From a virus: a stretch of 37,102 nucleotides of DNA. The translations under genes were made by a program, and so were the position numbers. The notes below the pieces were generated by a model. That model had not been told where the DNA came from. It saw nothing but the letters and a program-made list of their open reading frames with translations, and did no database searches. Positions 1-9,309 of this stretch are shown here, piece by piece. The stretch's first letter is position 1, and each line of letters begins with the position of its first letter. The stretch lies in UHGV virus genome UHGV-0134521; one strand, 5' to 3'.

Positions 1-9
1 TTAGCAAGA

Positions 10-29
10 TTGTGTACATTTGTACACAA
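10..29. promoter_or_regulatory. 20-bp palindrome TTGTGTACA-TT-TGTACACAA about 20 bp upstream of rcdA start; candidate TetR-type operator
   Basis: Perfect 9-bp inverted arms read directly from sequence; position immediately upstream of a TetR-family gene. Confidence 0.4.
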
Positions 30-49
30 TTGTAGAGAGAGGAAATGAC

Positions 50-586
50 ATGCGTCGCGCTAACGATCCGCAACGGCGAGAAAAAATTATCCAGGCCACG
101 CTGGAGGCGGTGAAACTTTATGGAATACATGCTGTTACACACCGCAAAATTGCTACCCTTGCCGGGGTACCGTTGGGATCGATGACCTACTACTTTTCAG
201 GAATAGATGAGTTGTTGCTGGAGGCGTTCAGCCGTTTTACTGAGATCATGTCCCGGCAATATCAGGCATTTTTTAGCGATGTTAGTGATGCTCCGGGCGC
301 ATGCCAGGCTATCACCGATATGATTTACAGCTCACAGGTTGCAACGCCGGATAACATGGAGCTGATGTACCAGCTCTACGCGCTGGCTAGCCGAAAACCG
401 CTATTAAAAACGGTAATGCAAAACTGGATGCAGCGCAGTCAGCAAACGCTCGAACAATGGTTTGAACCCGGAACCGCCCGCGCGCTTGATGCGTTTATTG
501 AGGGGATGACGCTGCATTTTGTCACCGACCGTAAGCCGCTATCGCGCGAGGAGATTTTGAGGATGGTTGAGAGGGTTGCAGGGTAG
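50..586 (+). CDS. rcdA: TetR-family transcriptional regulator RcdA (YbjK), 178 aa
   Basis: ORF track 20..586 uses a TTG; ATG at 50 gives [14 protein letters not shown]..., matching E. coli RcdA/YbjK as I remember it; N-terminal TetR HTH; GAGG before ATG. Confidence 0.85.
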   Translation: MRRANDPQRREKIIQATLEAVKLYGIHAVTHRKIATLAGVPLGSMTYYFSGIDELLLEAFSRFTEIMSRQYQAFFSDVSDAPGACQAITDMIYSSQVATPDNMELMYQLYALASRKPLLKTVMQNWMQRSQQTLEQWFEPGTARALDAFIEGMTLHFVTDRKPLSREEILRMVERVAG

Positions 587-590
587 TAGA

Positions 591-616
591 TAAATTTTAG
601 GCAACAAAAAACCCAC
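591..616. repeat. attL: 26-bp direct repeat (TAAATTTTAGGCAACAAAAAACCCAC), one mismatch to copy at 34263..34288
   Basis: Same 26-mer seen at both prophage ends; lies directly after rcdA stop and next to the integrase gene. Confidence 0.65.
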
Positions 617-690
617 TTATCTAAATGGGTTAATACAAACAATAAGTTAGATAAAAAACAATAACTTAATGTGGTGGTCAGTGGTGGTTA

Positions 691-1743
691 TTACGGGGTA
701 ATGCCAACCGCTGCCGCCACTTTGTCGCCATTTGGTAACGTTGCCAGTGGATTGAAACGGAGCGCCGTTTCCAAATGATCCGGTGCCAGATGCGCATAAC
801 GCATAGTCATTTTTATATCGTGGTGTCCGAGAATTTTTTGTAAGGCCAAGATGTTTCCACCCGACATCATGAAGTGCGCCGCAAACGTATGGCGCAGAAC
901 GTGTGTCAGTTGACCGCGAGGGAGAACGATAGACGTTTTTTCCATCACGGATAAAAATTGAAAATAGCAGTCTGTGAAGAAATTGAACCCATCGAGCGCC
1001 ATGATCTCTTCATAAAGCTCTTTACTGATAGGGATGCTTCTGTTTTTCTTCCCCTTCGTTCTCACAAAGGTGATTCGGTACTTGGTGACCTGTGAGCGGG
1101 TAAGATTGATTGCTTCTCGCCAACGTGCGCCTGTACTTAGACATATTTTTACCACCAGTGCCAGAATTGGGTTCTGACGTTTGCAGTCAGACAGTAATTC
1201 GATGATCTGCTCATGTGTAAGCCATGCCATTTCCTTTTCTGCGATAGTGAATTTGCGCATCTTCTCTAATGGGTTTGGAAGTGTCCATTCACCCAGGCGG
1301 GAAAGTTCTCTGAAAACGCTGCTTAGATGGCTTTGCTCCAGGTTAACAGTAACTGGGCTTGCTCCTTTCTTCCATTTTTCACTGAAGTAGATTTCACCAG
1401 TAAGGCGTTTATCGCGATAGTGAGCAAACATTTTTGAGGTGAGATCGGTTGCAAGGGGATTTCCCAAGGCGTCAACCATCAACAGCAGCTTGCTGTAGAC
1501 ATGCTGTCCGGCAGTAAGAGATTTGCCATGTAATTTGAACCATAGCTCAACCATATCTTTCAGTGTCCGACGATCCACTGATTCGCCCAGCCAGGGCTTT
1601 GCTTCTATTTCACCCATGGTGTATCGCTCGAAGGCCAGTGCTTCGCCTTTGGTGGCGAATTGTTTACGCACACGACGCCCATTACGTCCGGCGGGGTAAC
1701 ATTCGCAAAGCCATTTCCCTGTGGTGAGTTTTCGTACTGCCAT
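691..1743 (-). CDS. int: Tyrosine recombinase / phage integrase (P2 Int-like), about 350 aa
   Basis: C-terminal catalytic motifs (HVLRHTFA..., GHHDIKMTMRYAHL) and N-terminal similarity to P2 Int; ATG at 1743 preceded by GGAGGG; the track ORF to 1899 is an upstream extension. Confidence 0.9.
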   Translation of the reverse strand: MAVRKLTTGKWLCECYPAGRNGRRVRKQFATKGEALAFERYTMGEIEAKPWLGESVDRRTLKDMVELWFKLHGKSLTAGQHVYSKLLLMVDALGNPLATDLTSKMFAHYRDKRLTGEIYFSEKWKKGASPVTVNLEQSHLSSVFRELSRLGEWTLPNPLEKMRKFTIAEKEMAWLTHEQIIELLSDCKRQNPILALVVKICLSTGARWREAINLTRSQVTKYRITFVRTKGKKNRSIPISKELYEEIMALDGFNFFTDCYFQFLSVMEKTSIVLPRGQLTHVLRHTFAAHFMMSGGNILALQKILGHHDIKMTMRYAHLAPDHLETALRFNPLATLPNGDKVAAAVGITP

Positions 1744-1931
1744 AAAAAATGCCCTCCAGTAGAGAGCATTTTCACTGTATGTATAACCAGTGTCAATGTA
1801 TGAAATCCTACGACCATACATCTCACTGAAGCCATAATTAAGTTGGCTATTCTTTTTGCTATGTGAGCATGTAACTTTTGCGGTTAACCTGCGGCTCATT
1901 TTTATTTTAGACGCAGATATAAAAGCAAAAG

Positions 1932-2123
1932 TTATCGTGAGTTTTTAGTACAGATTTTTTTGGATTTACTAATAGTTCCATCATTGCAAACGAATTTGCC
2001 ATCTGAGGTACAGTGAGAAACACCTCCCTTTTTCCCTGAGCAGGGATAATTTCTAGCATAGGTAGTTAGTGGGTTTAATAACAAAGAACATGACAAAACC
2101 ACAAAAAATACCTTACCAAGCAT
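1932..2123 (-). CDS. Small secreted protein, 63 aa, with N-terminal signal peptide and 4 Cys in the mature part (moron)
   Basis: Hydrophobic N-terminus ending ...TYA; strong SD (GGGAGG) 5 nt before ATG; AT-rich context between cI and int. Confidence 0.5.
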   Translation of the reverse strand: MLGKVFFVVLSCSLLLNPLTTYARNYPCSGKKGGVSHCTSDGKFVCNDGTISKSKKICTKNSR

Positions 2124-2138
2124 AGTTTCCTCCCGGTA

Positions 2139-2708
2139 CTATTTAACATATTTGACTGTTAAACTTATAATTTTACCAATTATTTCAATGTCTTCTATCT
2201 TGCATTCGAAGGCTCTGTTTCCACCCTCGACGAAGATTCTTCCGCCGGGTAAACGAGTAATGTCACGGATCGTTATTTCGCCATCAATACTTATTACCCA
2301 TTTACCATCACGTATATCATCAAATTCTTTATCACAAATAAATTCAGAATTGTTATCTGTGATGACAAAAGGTTTTTTAAACGTAGAGGGTAGAAATCCC
2401 TTATCAAAAATATAAAAACCGTCTTTCTGCAATGCTCCATCAGACAATAAATATTTTTCTACTTCTATAGTATTTGTATTTGCTGATGCTTGCTTTGAAC
2501 CATGCCCTGTTGTTAGCCAATTAAGCGAGGTGCCTGTTTCAAGGGCGCACTGGATTACCCAATCTGCTGGAAAAATATCACGCATATAGCGCGTTGCCAT
2601 GGTGCTCTTAGAAACACCTAAATGATCACAGAGAGCCTGACGGGTACCGAACCCATATGCTTCAACTAAACGTTCTATGGCTTTCTTACCGCCGCTATTG
2701 AAATCCAC
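2139..2708 (-). CDS. cI: Immunity repressor, CI-like (186-type); probable start GTG at 2708, alternative GTG at 2795
   Basis: HTH segment (TRQALCDHLGVSKSTMATRYMRD); no recognisable LexA-type autocleavage motifs; GGAGGA precedes internal GTG; divergent from the apl-like gene. Confidence 0.65.
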   Translation of the reverse strand: MDFNSGGKKAIERLVEAYGFGTRQALCDHLGVSKSTMATRYMRDIFPADWVIQCALETGTSLNWLTTGHGSKQASANTNTIEVEKYLLSDGALQKDGFYIFDKGFLPSTFKKPFVITDNNSEFICDKEFDDIRDGKWVISIDGEITIRDITRLPGGRIFVEGGNRAFECKIEDIEIIGKIISLTVKYVK

Positions 2709-2853
2709 AAGTCCTCCAAAGAAATCCAAAATTCGTTGACAGATTCCAAAAGCGATCTTAAAGTTGAACCAGAAGTGTTCTTTTGGAGCCTTCACTACTA
2801 ATCACGACAAACAACGGCTCGCCACAAGCCATATCTAGAAGGAATGTTGCCTT

Positions 2854-3057
2854 ATGACACCTAACATTTCAATTACTCTGAATACACCACATGTCACAAT
2901 CGAACGTTATAGCGAACTGACTGGCCTTTCTATTGATACGATTAACGACATGTTGGCTGATGGCCGACTACCTCGTCATCGTCTTCGTAAAGACAAAAAA
3001 CGTGAAAAGGTAATGATTAACCTGGCTGCTCTGACTGTTGATGCTTTGTCTGCTTAA
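2854..3057 (+). CDS. Apl/Cox-like small DNA-binding protein (excisionase / lytic-switch regulator), 67 aa
   Basis: First gene of the rightward early operon, divergent from repressor; small basic HTH-like protein; ATG with AAGGAA SD. Confidence 0.6.
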   Translation: MTPNISITLNTPHVTIERYSELTGLSIDTINDMLADGRLPRHRLRKDKKREKVMINLAALTVDALSA

Positions 3058-3121
3058 TAGACGTCTATTTTCGCAATAAGACGCTGAGTTCGATTTTGCG
3101 ATAAGTTCGGAGTTGAAAACC

Positions 3122-3631
3122 ATGTTTGATTACCAAGTTTCCAAACATCCACATTTTGATGAAGCCTGTCGTGCATTCGCACTGCGCCACAATCTGGTGC
3201 AACTGGCAGAACGTGCGGGCATGAATGTGCAGATTCTGCGGAACAAGCTGAACCCAGCTCAACCTCATTTATTAACCGCACCTGAAATCTGGCTGCTTAC
3301 CGATCTGACAGAAGATTCAACGTTGGTAGATGGTTTTCTGGCACAGATTCATTGTCTGCCATGTGTACCGATTAATGAGGTAGCAAAAGAGAAACTGCCG
3401 CATTACGTCATGAGCGCAACTGCAGAGATCGGGCGTGTTGCAGCAGGTGCGGTATCTGGTGATGTAAAAACTAGTGCCGGTCGTCGTGATGCTATCAGCA
3501 GCATTAACTCTGTAACACGACTGATGGCGCTGGCTGCTGTTTCATTGCAGGCCCGTTTACAGGCTAATCCTGCGATGGCGAGTGCAGTTGATACCGTGAC
3601 TGGCCTCGGCGCTTCATTCGGTTTGCTATGA
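3122..3631 (+). CDS. cII: CII-like lysogeny-establishment regulator (phage 186 CII family), 169 aa
   Basis: [24 protein letters not shown]... closely resembles 186 CII as I remember it; GGAG 9 nt before ATG 3122. Confidence 0.8.
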   Translation: MFDYQVSKHPHFDEACRAFALRHNLVQLAERAGMNVQILRNKLNPAQPHLLTAPEIWLLTDLTEDSTLVDGFLAQIHCLPCVPINEVAKEKLPHYVMSATAEIGRVAAGAVSGDVKTSAGRRDAISSINSVTRLMALAAVSLQARLQANPAMASAVDTVTGLGASFGLL

Positions 3632-3638
3632 GGTGCTT

Positions 3639-3935
3639 ATGCTGACGAAAGAACCATCATTTGCATCGCTGCTGGTAAAACAAAGCCCGGCAATGCACTA
3701 CGGTCACGGCTGGATCATGGGAGAGGATGGTAAACGCTGGCATCCATGTCATTCACAAGATGAATTGCTGTCTGAATTGACCACGAGCAAACGGAGAAAG
3801 TCCAAATGTATGCGGCAGAAAATGAAGTGGTTTATCACTTTCGTTACAGAGGGGAGAATTATTCAGTACCTGAAGATGATTTGCTCTGTTGCTATCCGTC
3901 GTTGTCGGGCGATGGTAGCTACTTTTTCACGCTAA
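3639..3935 (+). CDS. Hypothetical early protein; 3' part overlaps the next ORF in another frame and looks non-protein-like
   Basis: GAGG SD 5 nt before ATG 3639; C-terminal ~40 aa is Cys/Arg-rich and low in plausibility. Confidence 0.3.
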   Translation: MLTKEPSFASLLVKQSPAMHYGHGWIMGEDGKRWHPCHSQDELLSELTTSKRRKSKCMRQKMKWFITFVTEGRIIQYLKMICSVAIRRCRAMVATFSR

Positions 3936-4030
3936 AGGATGGAACCTTTATACGTGGTGAAAAAGTACAAGAAGTGATGCGTATAAAGACATCACCTCTT
4001 GAACGTTATCGGCGAAATATTTATCGGTAA
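3806..4030 (+). CDS. Hypothetical early protein, 74 aa
   Basis: ATG with GGAG SD at 9-nt spacing; globular-looking composition. Confidence 0.5.
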   Translation: MYAAENEVVYHFRYRGENYSVPEDDLLCCYPSLSGDGSYFFTLKDGTFIRGEKVQEVMRIKTSPLERYRRNIYR

Positions 4031-4269
4031 CGATCTATCAGTGTCTGTATCAGATGAGTGAATTCTTGTTGTTTAACCGAACCTAAAGGAAGTTTGTTTA
4101 ATTCTTCGCGGAGGAGCTCAAAAAATGCTGATTGATTTGCTGAGTCAGTTCGAAATAAGGAGTGGATCAGACCTGAAACAAGAATTCGTTGAACAGCAAC
4201 CTCATCGCGAAGACTGGAGATCTCGTTTTCAAGTTGCTCTATACGCTCTCTTTCAACCGGGTTCAACAT
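4021..4269 (-). CDS. Hypothetical coiled-coil protein, 82 aa, antisense to the early operon
   Basis: ATG with AAGGAA SD; heptad-like charged sequence (ERERIEQLENEISSLRDEVA...). Confidence 0.5.
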   Translation of the reverse strand: MLNPVERERIEQLENEISSLRDEVAVQRILVSGLIHSLFRTDSANQSAFFELLREELNKLPLGSVKQQEFTHLIQTLIDRYR

Positions 4270-4351
4270 TGATGATTCCTTCTAGCTATCAATATGTTGG
4301 TAATGGATCATATCAAAAATTTTTTAGTAGATGTGTTGTGGGGATGCATAA

Positions 4352-4693
4352 ATGGCTATTGAAAGCGCTGCGGCGACTGTTCCATTAAGCCCCGGTGAAC
4401 GCCTGAATGGACTTAATCACATTGCGGAGTTAAGGGCGAAAGTATTTGGCCTGAATATTGAGTCAGAGCTTGAGCGGTTTATTAAAGATATGCGTGATCC
4501 ACGGGATATCAATAACGAACAAAATAAACGGGCACTGGCTGCTATATTCTTTATGGCAAAAATTCCAGCTGAACGTCATAGCATCAGCATTAATGAGCTG
4601 ACCACTGACGAAAAGCGGGAGTTGATTAAAGCAATGAATCATTTTCGTGCAGTGGTGAGCTTATTTCCCAGACGGCTAACCATGCCGAATTAA
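4352..4693 (+). CDS. Hypothetical early protein, 113 aa
   Basis: ATG start with GGGGA upstream; position in early operon. Confidence 0.55.
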   Translation: MAIESAAATVPLSPGERLNGLNHIAELRAKVFGLNIESELERFIKDMRDPRDINNEQNKRALAAIFFMAKIPAERHSISINELTTDEKRELIKAMNHFRAVVSLFPRRLTMPN

Positions 4694-4760
4694 CCAACTA
4701 ATGAAATTAATGGCGTAAACCCGCCGGGTATCCCTTTATCTAAATTCAGGAGAATTGATT

Positions 4761-4994
4761 ATGCGTAATATTGAAACCCTCACGACTAAAACCGGACCGG
4801 ATGATGCAGGGCTTAATATTTTACTGACAGAGGCTCGTCTGGAAGAACGCCGGGCAAGGGCTGAAGCAATGGCAGCTCGCCTTGATAGCCTGGCGTGTCA
4901 TATCACATCCCGCCAGCTAAACCACGTCGAAGCGGCAGAACTGCTGCGTGTGACTGCTGAAGCAATCCAGAACGAAGCGCAGGAGATCCACTAA
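4761..4994 (+). CDS. Hypothetical early protein, 78 aa
   Basis: GGAG SD 8 nt upstream of ATG 4761; stop overlaps next start (TAATG). Confidence 0.55.
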   Translation: MRNIETLTTKTGPDDAGLNILLTEARLEERRARAEAMAARLDSLACHITSRQLNHVEAAELLRVTAEAIQNEAQEIH

Positions 4995-5221
4995 TGGCAG
5001 ATGCAATGGATCTCGTACAGCAGCGCGTTGAAGAAGAACGCCAGCGCTATATCCGTGCTGCCCGTGCCAAAACACCGGGCGTGTCTCGTGTGCTTTGTAT
5101 TGAATGTGAAGCGCCAATTCCGCCAGCACGACGCCGCGCCATTCCTGGAGTGCAGCTTTGCATTACCTGTCAGGAAATCGCAGAGCTGAAAGGCAAACAT
5201 TACAACGGAGGTGTTGTATGA
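4994..5221 (+). CDS. TraR/DksA-family C4 zinc-finger protein, 75 aa
   Basis: CIECEAPIP...CITCQ four-Cys motif typical of phage TraR-like proteins; AGGAG SD. Confidence 0.7.
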   Translation: MADAMDLVQQRVEEERQRYIRAARAKTPGVSRVLCIECEAPIPPARRRAIPGVQLCITCQEIAELKGKHYNGGVV

Positions 5222-6075
5222 GCACCATCCTGAAATGGGCGGGAAATAAAACCGCCATTATGTCCGAACTGAAAAAACATCTTCCTGCTGGCCCGCGACT
5301 GGTTGAACCTTTCGCGGGTTCCTGTGCTGTGATGATGGAGACGGATTACCCCAGCTATCTTGTTGCGGATATTAATCCTGATTTAATCAACCTCTATAAA
5401 AAGATTGTCGCTGATTGCGAAGCGTTTATATCTCGTGCCAGAGCTTTATTTGAGGAAGCAAACAGGGATGTGGCTTATTACAACATAAGGCAGGAGTTTA
5501 ATTACTCCACTGAAATTACTGATTTCATGAAAGCGGTATATTTCCTGTATCTCAATCGTCATGGTTACCGTGGGTTATGTCGCTATAACAAGAGCGGGCA
5601 TTTCAACATTCCGTACGGTAATTATAAAAATCCGTATTTCCCTGAAAAAGAAATTCGCGCATTTGCAGAGAAAGCCCAGCGGGCAACGTTTATCTGCGCA
5701 AGCTTTGATGAAACGCTGGCGATGCTGCAGGTGGGGGATGTGGTGTATTGCGATCCGCCGTATGACGGTACGTTTTCCGGCTATCACACTGATGGTTTCA
5801 CTGAAGATGACCAGTATCACCTGGCATCCGTTCTTGAACATCGGTCATCAGAAGGACATCCGGTCATTGTTTCTAACAGTGACACATCCCTGATCCGTTC
5901 GCTGTATCGCAATTTTACTCACCACTACATCAAGGCAAAACGCAGCATCGGTGTGGCAGCTGGTGAGAGTAAATCTGCAACAGAAATCATCGCTGTTTCC
6001 GGGCCGCGCTGCTGGGTGGGATTTGATCCTTCGCGTGGCGTGGATAGTTCAGCCGTGTACGGAGTACGTGCATGA
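5218..6075 (+). CDS. dam: DNA adenine methyltransferase (Dam-like, N6-adenine MTase)
   Basis: N-terminal KWAGNK...EPFAGSCAV (AdoMet binding) and DPPY catalytic motif; ATG 5218 with ACGGAGG SD, overlapping upstream stop. Confidence 0.85.
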   Translation: MSTILKWAGNKTAIMSELKKHLPAGPRLVEPFAGSCAVMMETDYPSYLVADINPDLINLYKKIVADCEAFISRARALFEEANRDVAYYNIRQEFNYSTEITDFMKAVYFLYLNRHGYRGLCRYNKSGHFNIPYGNYKNPYFPEKEIRAFAEKAQRATFICASFDETLAMLQVGDVVYCDPPYDGTFSGYHTDGFTEDDQYHLASVLEHRSSEGHPVIVSNSDTSLIRSLYRNFTHHYIKAKRSIGVAAGESKSATEIIAVSGPRCWVGFDPSRGVDSSAVYGVRA

Positions 6076-8486
6076 GTCATGCCGATATGAACAACTGCTG
6101 CGGCTTTAACGAGGCTGCCGCAGCGTTCTCATGGAACAGCCCGAAAAAGGCCATTAACCCTTATCTGGACCCGGCGGAAGTTGCGCCGGTTTCTGCGCTT
6201 TCAAACCTGATCACTCTGTACGCTGCCGATAACGAGCAGGAACAACTGCGCCGCGAGGCACTGAGTGATCAGGTCTGGGAGCGTTATTTTTTTAATGAAT
6301 CACGTGATCCTGTCCAGCGCGAAATGGAGCAGGATAAGCTCATTAGCCGGGCAAAGCTGGCGCATGAGCAGCAGCGTTTTAATCCGGATATGGTCATTCT
6401 GGCGGACGTCAACGCCCAACCTTCCCATATCAGCAAGCCGCTGATGCAACGTATTGAATACTTTAGCAGCCTGGGCAGGCCAAAGGCTTATTCCCGCTAT
6501 TTACGTGAGACGATTAAGCCATGTCTGGAACGACTGGAGCATGTACGCGACAGCCAGCTATCTGCATCTTTTCGTTTTATGGCAAGCCATGAAGGGCTGG
6601 ACGGCCTGCTTATCCTGCCTGAAATGAGTCAGGATCAGGTGAAGCGCCTGTCTACCCTTGTCGCTGCGCATATGAGCATGTGCCTTGATGCCGCTTGTGG
6701 TGATTTGTATGCCACCGATGACGTTAAGCCAGAAGAAATCCGCAAAACATGGGAAAAGGTGGCAGCGGAAACCCTGCGTCTGGATGTTATTCCGCCTGCG
6801 TTTGAGCAACTCCGTCGGAAAAGAAACCGCCGTAAACCCGTGCCCTATGAACTCATTCCGGGTTCGCTGGCGCGTATGTTGTGTGCCGACTGGTGGTATC
6901 GGAAATTATGGAAGATGCGTTGCGAATGGCGGGAAGAGCAGTTGCGTGCTGTCTGCCTGGTCAGCAAAAAAGCATCTCCCTATGTCAGCTATGAAGCCGT
7001 GATGCATAAACGTGAGCAGCGCCGCAAGTCACTGGAGTTTTTCCGTTCTCATGAACTGGTGAACGAAGAGGGCGACACGCTGGATATGGAAGACGTGGTA
7101 AACGCCAGCAGCAGCAACCCGGCGCACCGCCGCAATGAGATGATGGCCTGTGTTAAAGGTCTGGAGCTTATCGCGGAAATGCGTGGTGATTGCGCCGTTT
7201 TCTACACCATTACCTGTCCGTCACGTTTCCATTCCACGCTCAATAACGGCAGACCAAACCCAACCTGGACAAATGCGACGGTAAGACAAAGCAGCGATTA
7301 TCTGGTCGGCATGTTTGCTGCATTTCGTAAGGCGATGCACAAAGCCGGGTTGCGCTGGTATGGCGTGCGGGTGGCTGAGCCGCATCATGACGGTACGGTT
7401 CACTGGCACCTGTTGTGTTTCATGCGCAAAAAAGACCGCCGTGCCATTACTGCATTGTTGCGTAAGTTTGCCATCCGTGAAGACCGCGAGGAACTGGGTA
7501 ATAACACTGGTCCACGCTTTAAATCTGAGCTGATAAACCCGCGCAAAGGAACACCGACAAGCTACATCGCGAAATACATTAGCAAAAACATTGACGGGCG
7601 TGGTCTGGCTGGCGAGATCAGCAAGGAAACGGGTAAATCCCTGCGTGATAACGCTGAATACGTTAATGCCTGGGCGTCTCTGCATCGTGTTCAGCAATTC
7701 CGCTTCTTTGGTATTCCGGGGCGTCAGGCTTACCGTGAACTGCGATTGCTGGCTGGTCAGGCGGCAAGGCAACAGGGCGACAAAAAAGCAGGTGCGCCGG
7801 TACTGGATAACCCGCGCCTTGATGCCATCCTGGCTGCTGCTGATGCTGGTTGTTTTGCCACTTACATCATGAAGCAGGGTGGCGTACTGGTTCCCCGCAA
7901 ATATCACCTCATCAGAACTGCTTATGAAATTAACGAAGAGCCGACCGCCTATGGCGATCACGGCATTCGTATTTATGGCATCTGGTCACCCATTGCAGAG
8001 GGCAAGATCTGCACTCATGCAGTGAAGTGGAAAATAGTTCGTAAAGCCGTTGACGTTCAGGAGGCGGTAGCCGACCAGGGCGCTTGCGCCCCTTGGACTC
8101 GTGGCAATAACTGTCCCCTTGCTGAAAATTTGAACCAACAGGAGAAAGATAAATCAGCTGATGGGGACCCCAGAACGGACATTACCAGCATGGATGACAA
8201 GGAGTTGCACGATTACCTGCACAGTATGAACAAAAAAGAGCGCCGGGAACTGGCTGCAAGGTTACGCCTGGTGAAACCGAAACGGCGTAAAGACTACAAA
8301 CAGCGAATTACAGACCATCAGCGACTGCAGCTCGTGTATGAGCTGAAGTCCAGAGGATTTGATGGCAGCGAGAAAGAGGTCGATTTACTCCTTCGCGGAG
8401 GCAGTATTCCGTCAGGAGCAGGCCTGCGTATCTTCTATCGGAACCAGCGTTTGCAAGAAGATGATCAGTGGCGGAACCTGTATTAA
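6072..8486 (+). CDS. A: Replication initiation protein A (P2 gpA-like rolling-circle endonuclease), 804 aa
   Basis: Size, position after early genes, ATGA overlap with dam, P2 A-like sequence. Confidence 0.9.
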   Translation: MSHADMNNCCGFNEAAAAFSWNSPKKAINPYLDPAEVAPVSALSNLITLYAADNEQEQLRREALSDQVWERYFFNESRDPVQREMEQDKLISRAKLAHEQQRFNPDMVILADVNAQPSHISKPLMQRIEYFSSLGRPKAYSRYLRETIKPCLERLEHVRDSQLSASFRFMASHEGLDGLLILPEMSQDQVKRLSTLVAAHMSMCLDAACGDLYATDDVKPEEIRKTWEKVAAETLRLDVIPPAFEQLRRKRNRRKPVPYELIPGSLARMLCADWWYRKLWKMRCEWREEQLRAVCLVSKKASPYVSYEAVMHKREQRRKSLEFFRSHELVNEEGDTLDMEDVVNASSSNPAHRRNEMMACVKGLELIAEMRGDCAVFYTITCPSRFHSTLNNGRPNPTWTNATVRQSSDYLVGMFAAFRKAMHKAGLRWYGVRVAEPHHDGTVHWHLLCFMRKKDRRAITALLRKFAIREDREELGNNTGPRFKSELINPRKGTPTSYIAKYISKNIDGRGLAGEISKETGKSLRDNAEYVNAWASLHRVQQFRFFGIPGRQAYRELRLLAGQAARQQGDKKAGAPVLDNPRLDAILAAADAGCFATYIMKQGGVLVPRKYHLIRTAYEINEEPTAYGDHGIRIYGIWSPIAEGKICTHAVKWKIVRKAVDVQEAVADQGACAPWTRGNNCPLAENLNQQEKDKSADGDPRTDITSMDDKELHDYLHSMNKKERRELAARLRLVKPKRRKDYKQRITDHQRLQLVYELKSRGFDGSEKEVDLLLRGGSIPSGAGLRIFYRNQRLQEDDQWRNLY

Positions 8487-8578
8487 TTACGCGGGTTAAC
8501 AATTCGTGCTCTTAATAATACCAGGCATATCAGGCTGATGAACGTAAAAAAACGTTTTACATCAGTAAGATTATTATA

Positions 8579-8598
8579 TACTGTAAATATAAACAGTG
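8579..8598. promoter_or_regulatory. LexA box (TACTGTAAATATAAACAGTG; CTGT-N8-ACAG) upstream of the small-ORF + DinI-like operon
   Basis: Matches the LexA consensus CTGT-N8-ACAG within an AT-rich promoter-like region about 40 bp before ATG 8640. Confidence 0.6.
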
Positions 8599-8639
8599 GT
8601 TATACATACAGCATTGCGTGTGGTGTCATAGGAGGAAAG

Positions 8640-8828
8640 ATGCAGGACTATTTTTTGGAGTCTTTGAAGCTCCAGCGCATTGATTTTTTTCTTAAGCTTG
8701 TAGCGGCTAGTGAGTGTAGTGATGAAGAGAAGGGGCTGGCTCTGCAGTGGGTTTCTGAATTGACTGATGAACTCATGGCAAAAATCAGAACCCACGAATA
8801 CAACCGCTCAATGGATGTCATCAGCTGA
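8640..8828 (+). CDS. Small protein, 62 aa, first gene of the LexA-controlled operon (possible Tum-like antirepressor component)
   Basis: ATG at 8640 after GGAGGA; immediately downstream of the LexA box. Confidence 0.5.
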   Translation: MQDYFLESLKLQRIDFFLKLVAASECSDEEKGLALQWVSELTDELMAKIRTHEYNRSMDVIS

Positions 8829-8838
8829 GGTGACTTTT

Positions 8839-9072
8839 ATGCGCATTGAAATAATGATCGATAAAGAGCAGAAGATTAGCCAGTCTACCCTGGACGCCCT
8901 TGAATCCGAGCTTTACCGCAATCTGCGCCCCCTGTATCCCAAAACGGTAATTCGCATTCGCAAAGGTAGCTCTAACGGTGTGGAACTAACCGGACTGCAA
9001 CTGGACGAAGAAAGAAAACAAGTGATGAAAATTATGCAGAAGGTGTGGGAAGACGACAGCTGGCTGCATTAA
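8839..9072 (+). CDS. DinI-family protein, 77 aa
   Basis: MRIEIMIDKEQKI...WEDDSWLH resembles E. coli DinI (MRIEVTIAK...W...DDWF); GAGGTGA SD. Confidence 0.7.
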   Translation: MRIEIMIDKEQKISQSTLDALESELYRNLRPLYPKTVIRIRKGSSNGVELTGLQLDEERKQVMKIMQKVWEDDSWLH

Positions 9073-9207
9073 GAAACGTTGCTGGCGTCTGAACTTGCTT
9101 CTGGCGTCAGCAAGGTTGAACAACGAGCCCTTGCGAGGCGTTAACTCTGTAGTGCATGTCTATGCCGCATGAGATCGCATGATCGTTTGAGGATCGTTTT
9201 TGCTAAG

Positions 9208-9231
9208 GCCCGCCAGAACTGGCGGGCTTTT
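9208..9231 (+). terminator. Rho-independent terminator after the DinI-like operon
   Basis: GCCCGCCA / TGGCGGGC stem with short loop, followed by TTTTG. Confidence 0.55.
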
Positions 9232-9276
9232 GCGTAGATCATGCAGGTGCATGAAAACCACTACATAAAGCGGGCA

Positions 9277-9295
9277 GGCGTGGCGGGGATACGAG
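9277..9295. other. Putative cos site (GGCGTGGCGGGGATACGAG)
   Basis: Resembles the 19-nt P2/186 cohesive-end sequence from memory (first 13 nt match my recollection of 186 cos); placed between the right-end tum-like operon and the left-end portal gene as expected. Confidence 0.45.
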
Positions 9296-9309
9296 CGCGC
9301 GCTGAGTAA

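Noticed and set aside
2139-2795. LexA/lambda-CI-type S24 autocleaving repressor
   Set aside because: No Ala-Gly cleavage site or Ser/Lys dyad context recognisable in the C-terminal half; together with the CII homolog and LexA-box Tum-like operon, a 186-type non-cleavable repressor fits better. The 2795 start was also down-weighted because an internal GTG with GGAGGA lies at 2708.
5158-5217. Upstream extension of the dam ORF (start at 5158)
   Set aside because: The ATG at 5218 has a strong SD (ACGGAGG) and begins the conserved MTase N-terminus; the extension overlaps the upstream TraR-like gene.
7221-7961. 246-aa ORF antisense to replication gene A
   Set aside because: Lies entirely inside a well-supported long gene on the other strand; Arg/Cys-rich translation with no SD; typical spurious antisense ORF in GC-rich coding DNA.
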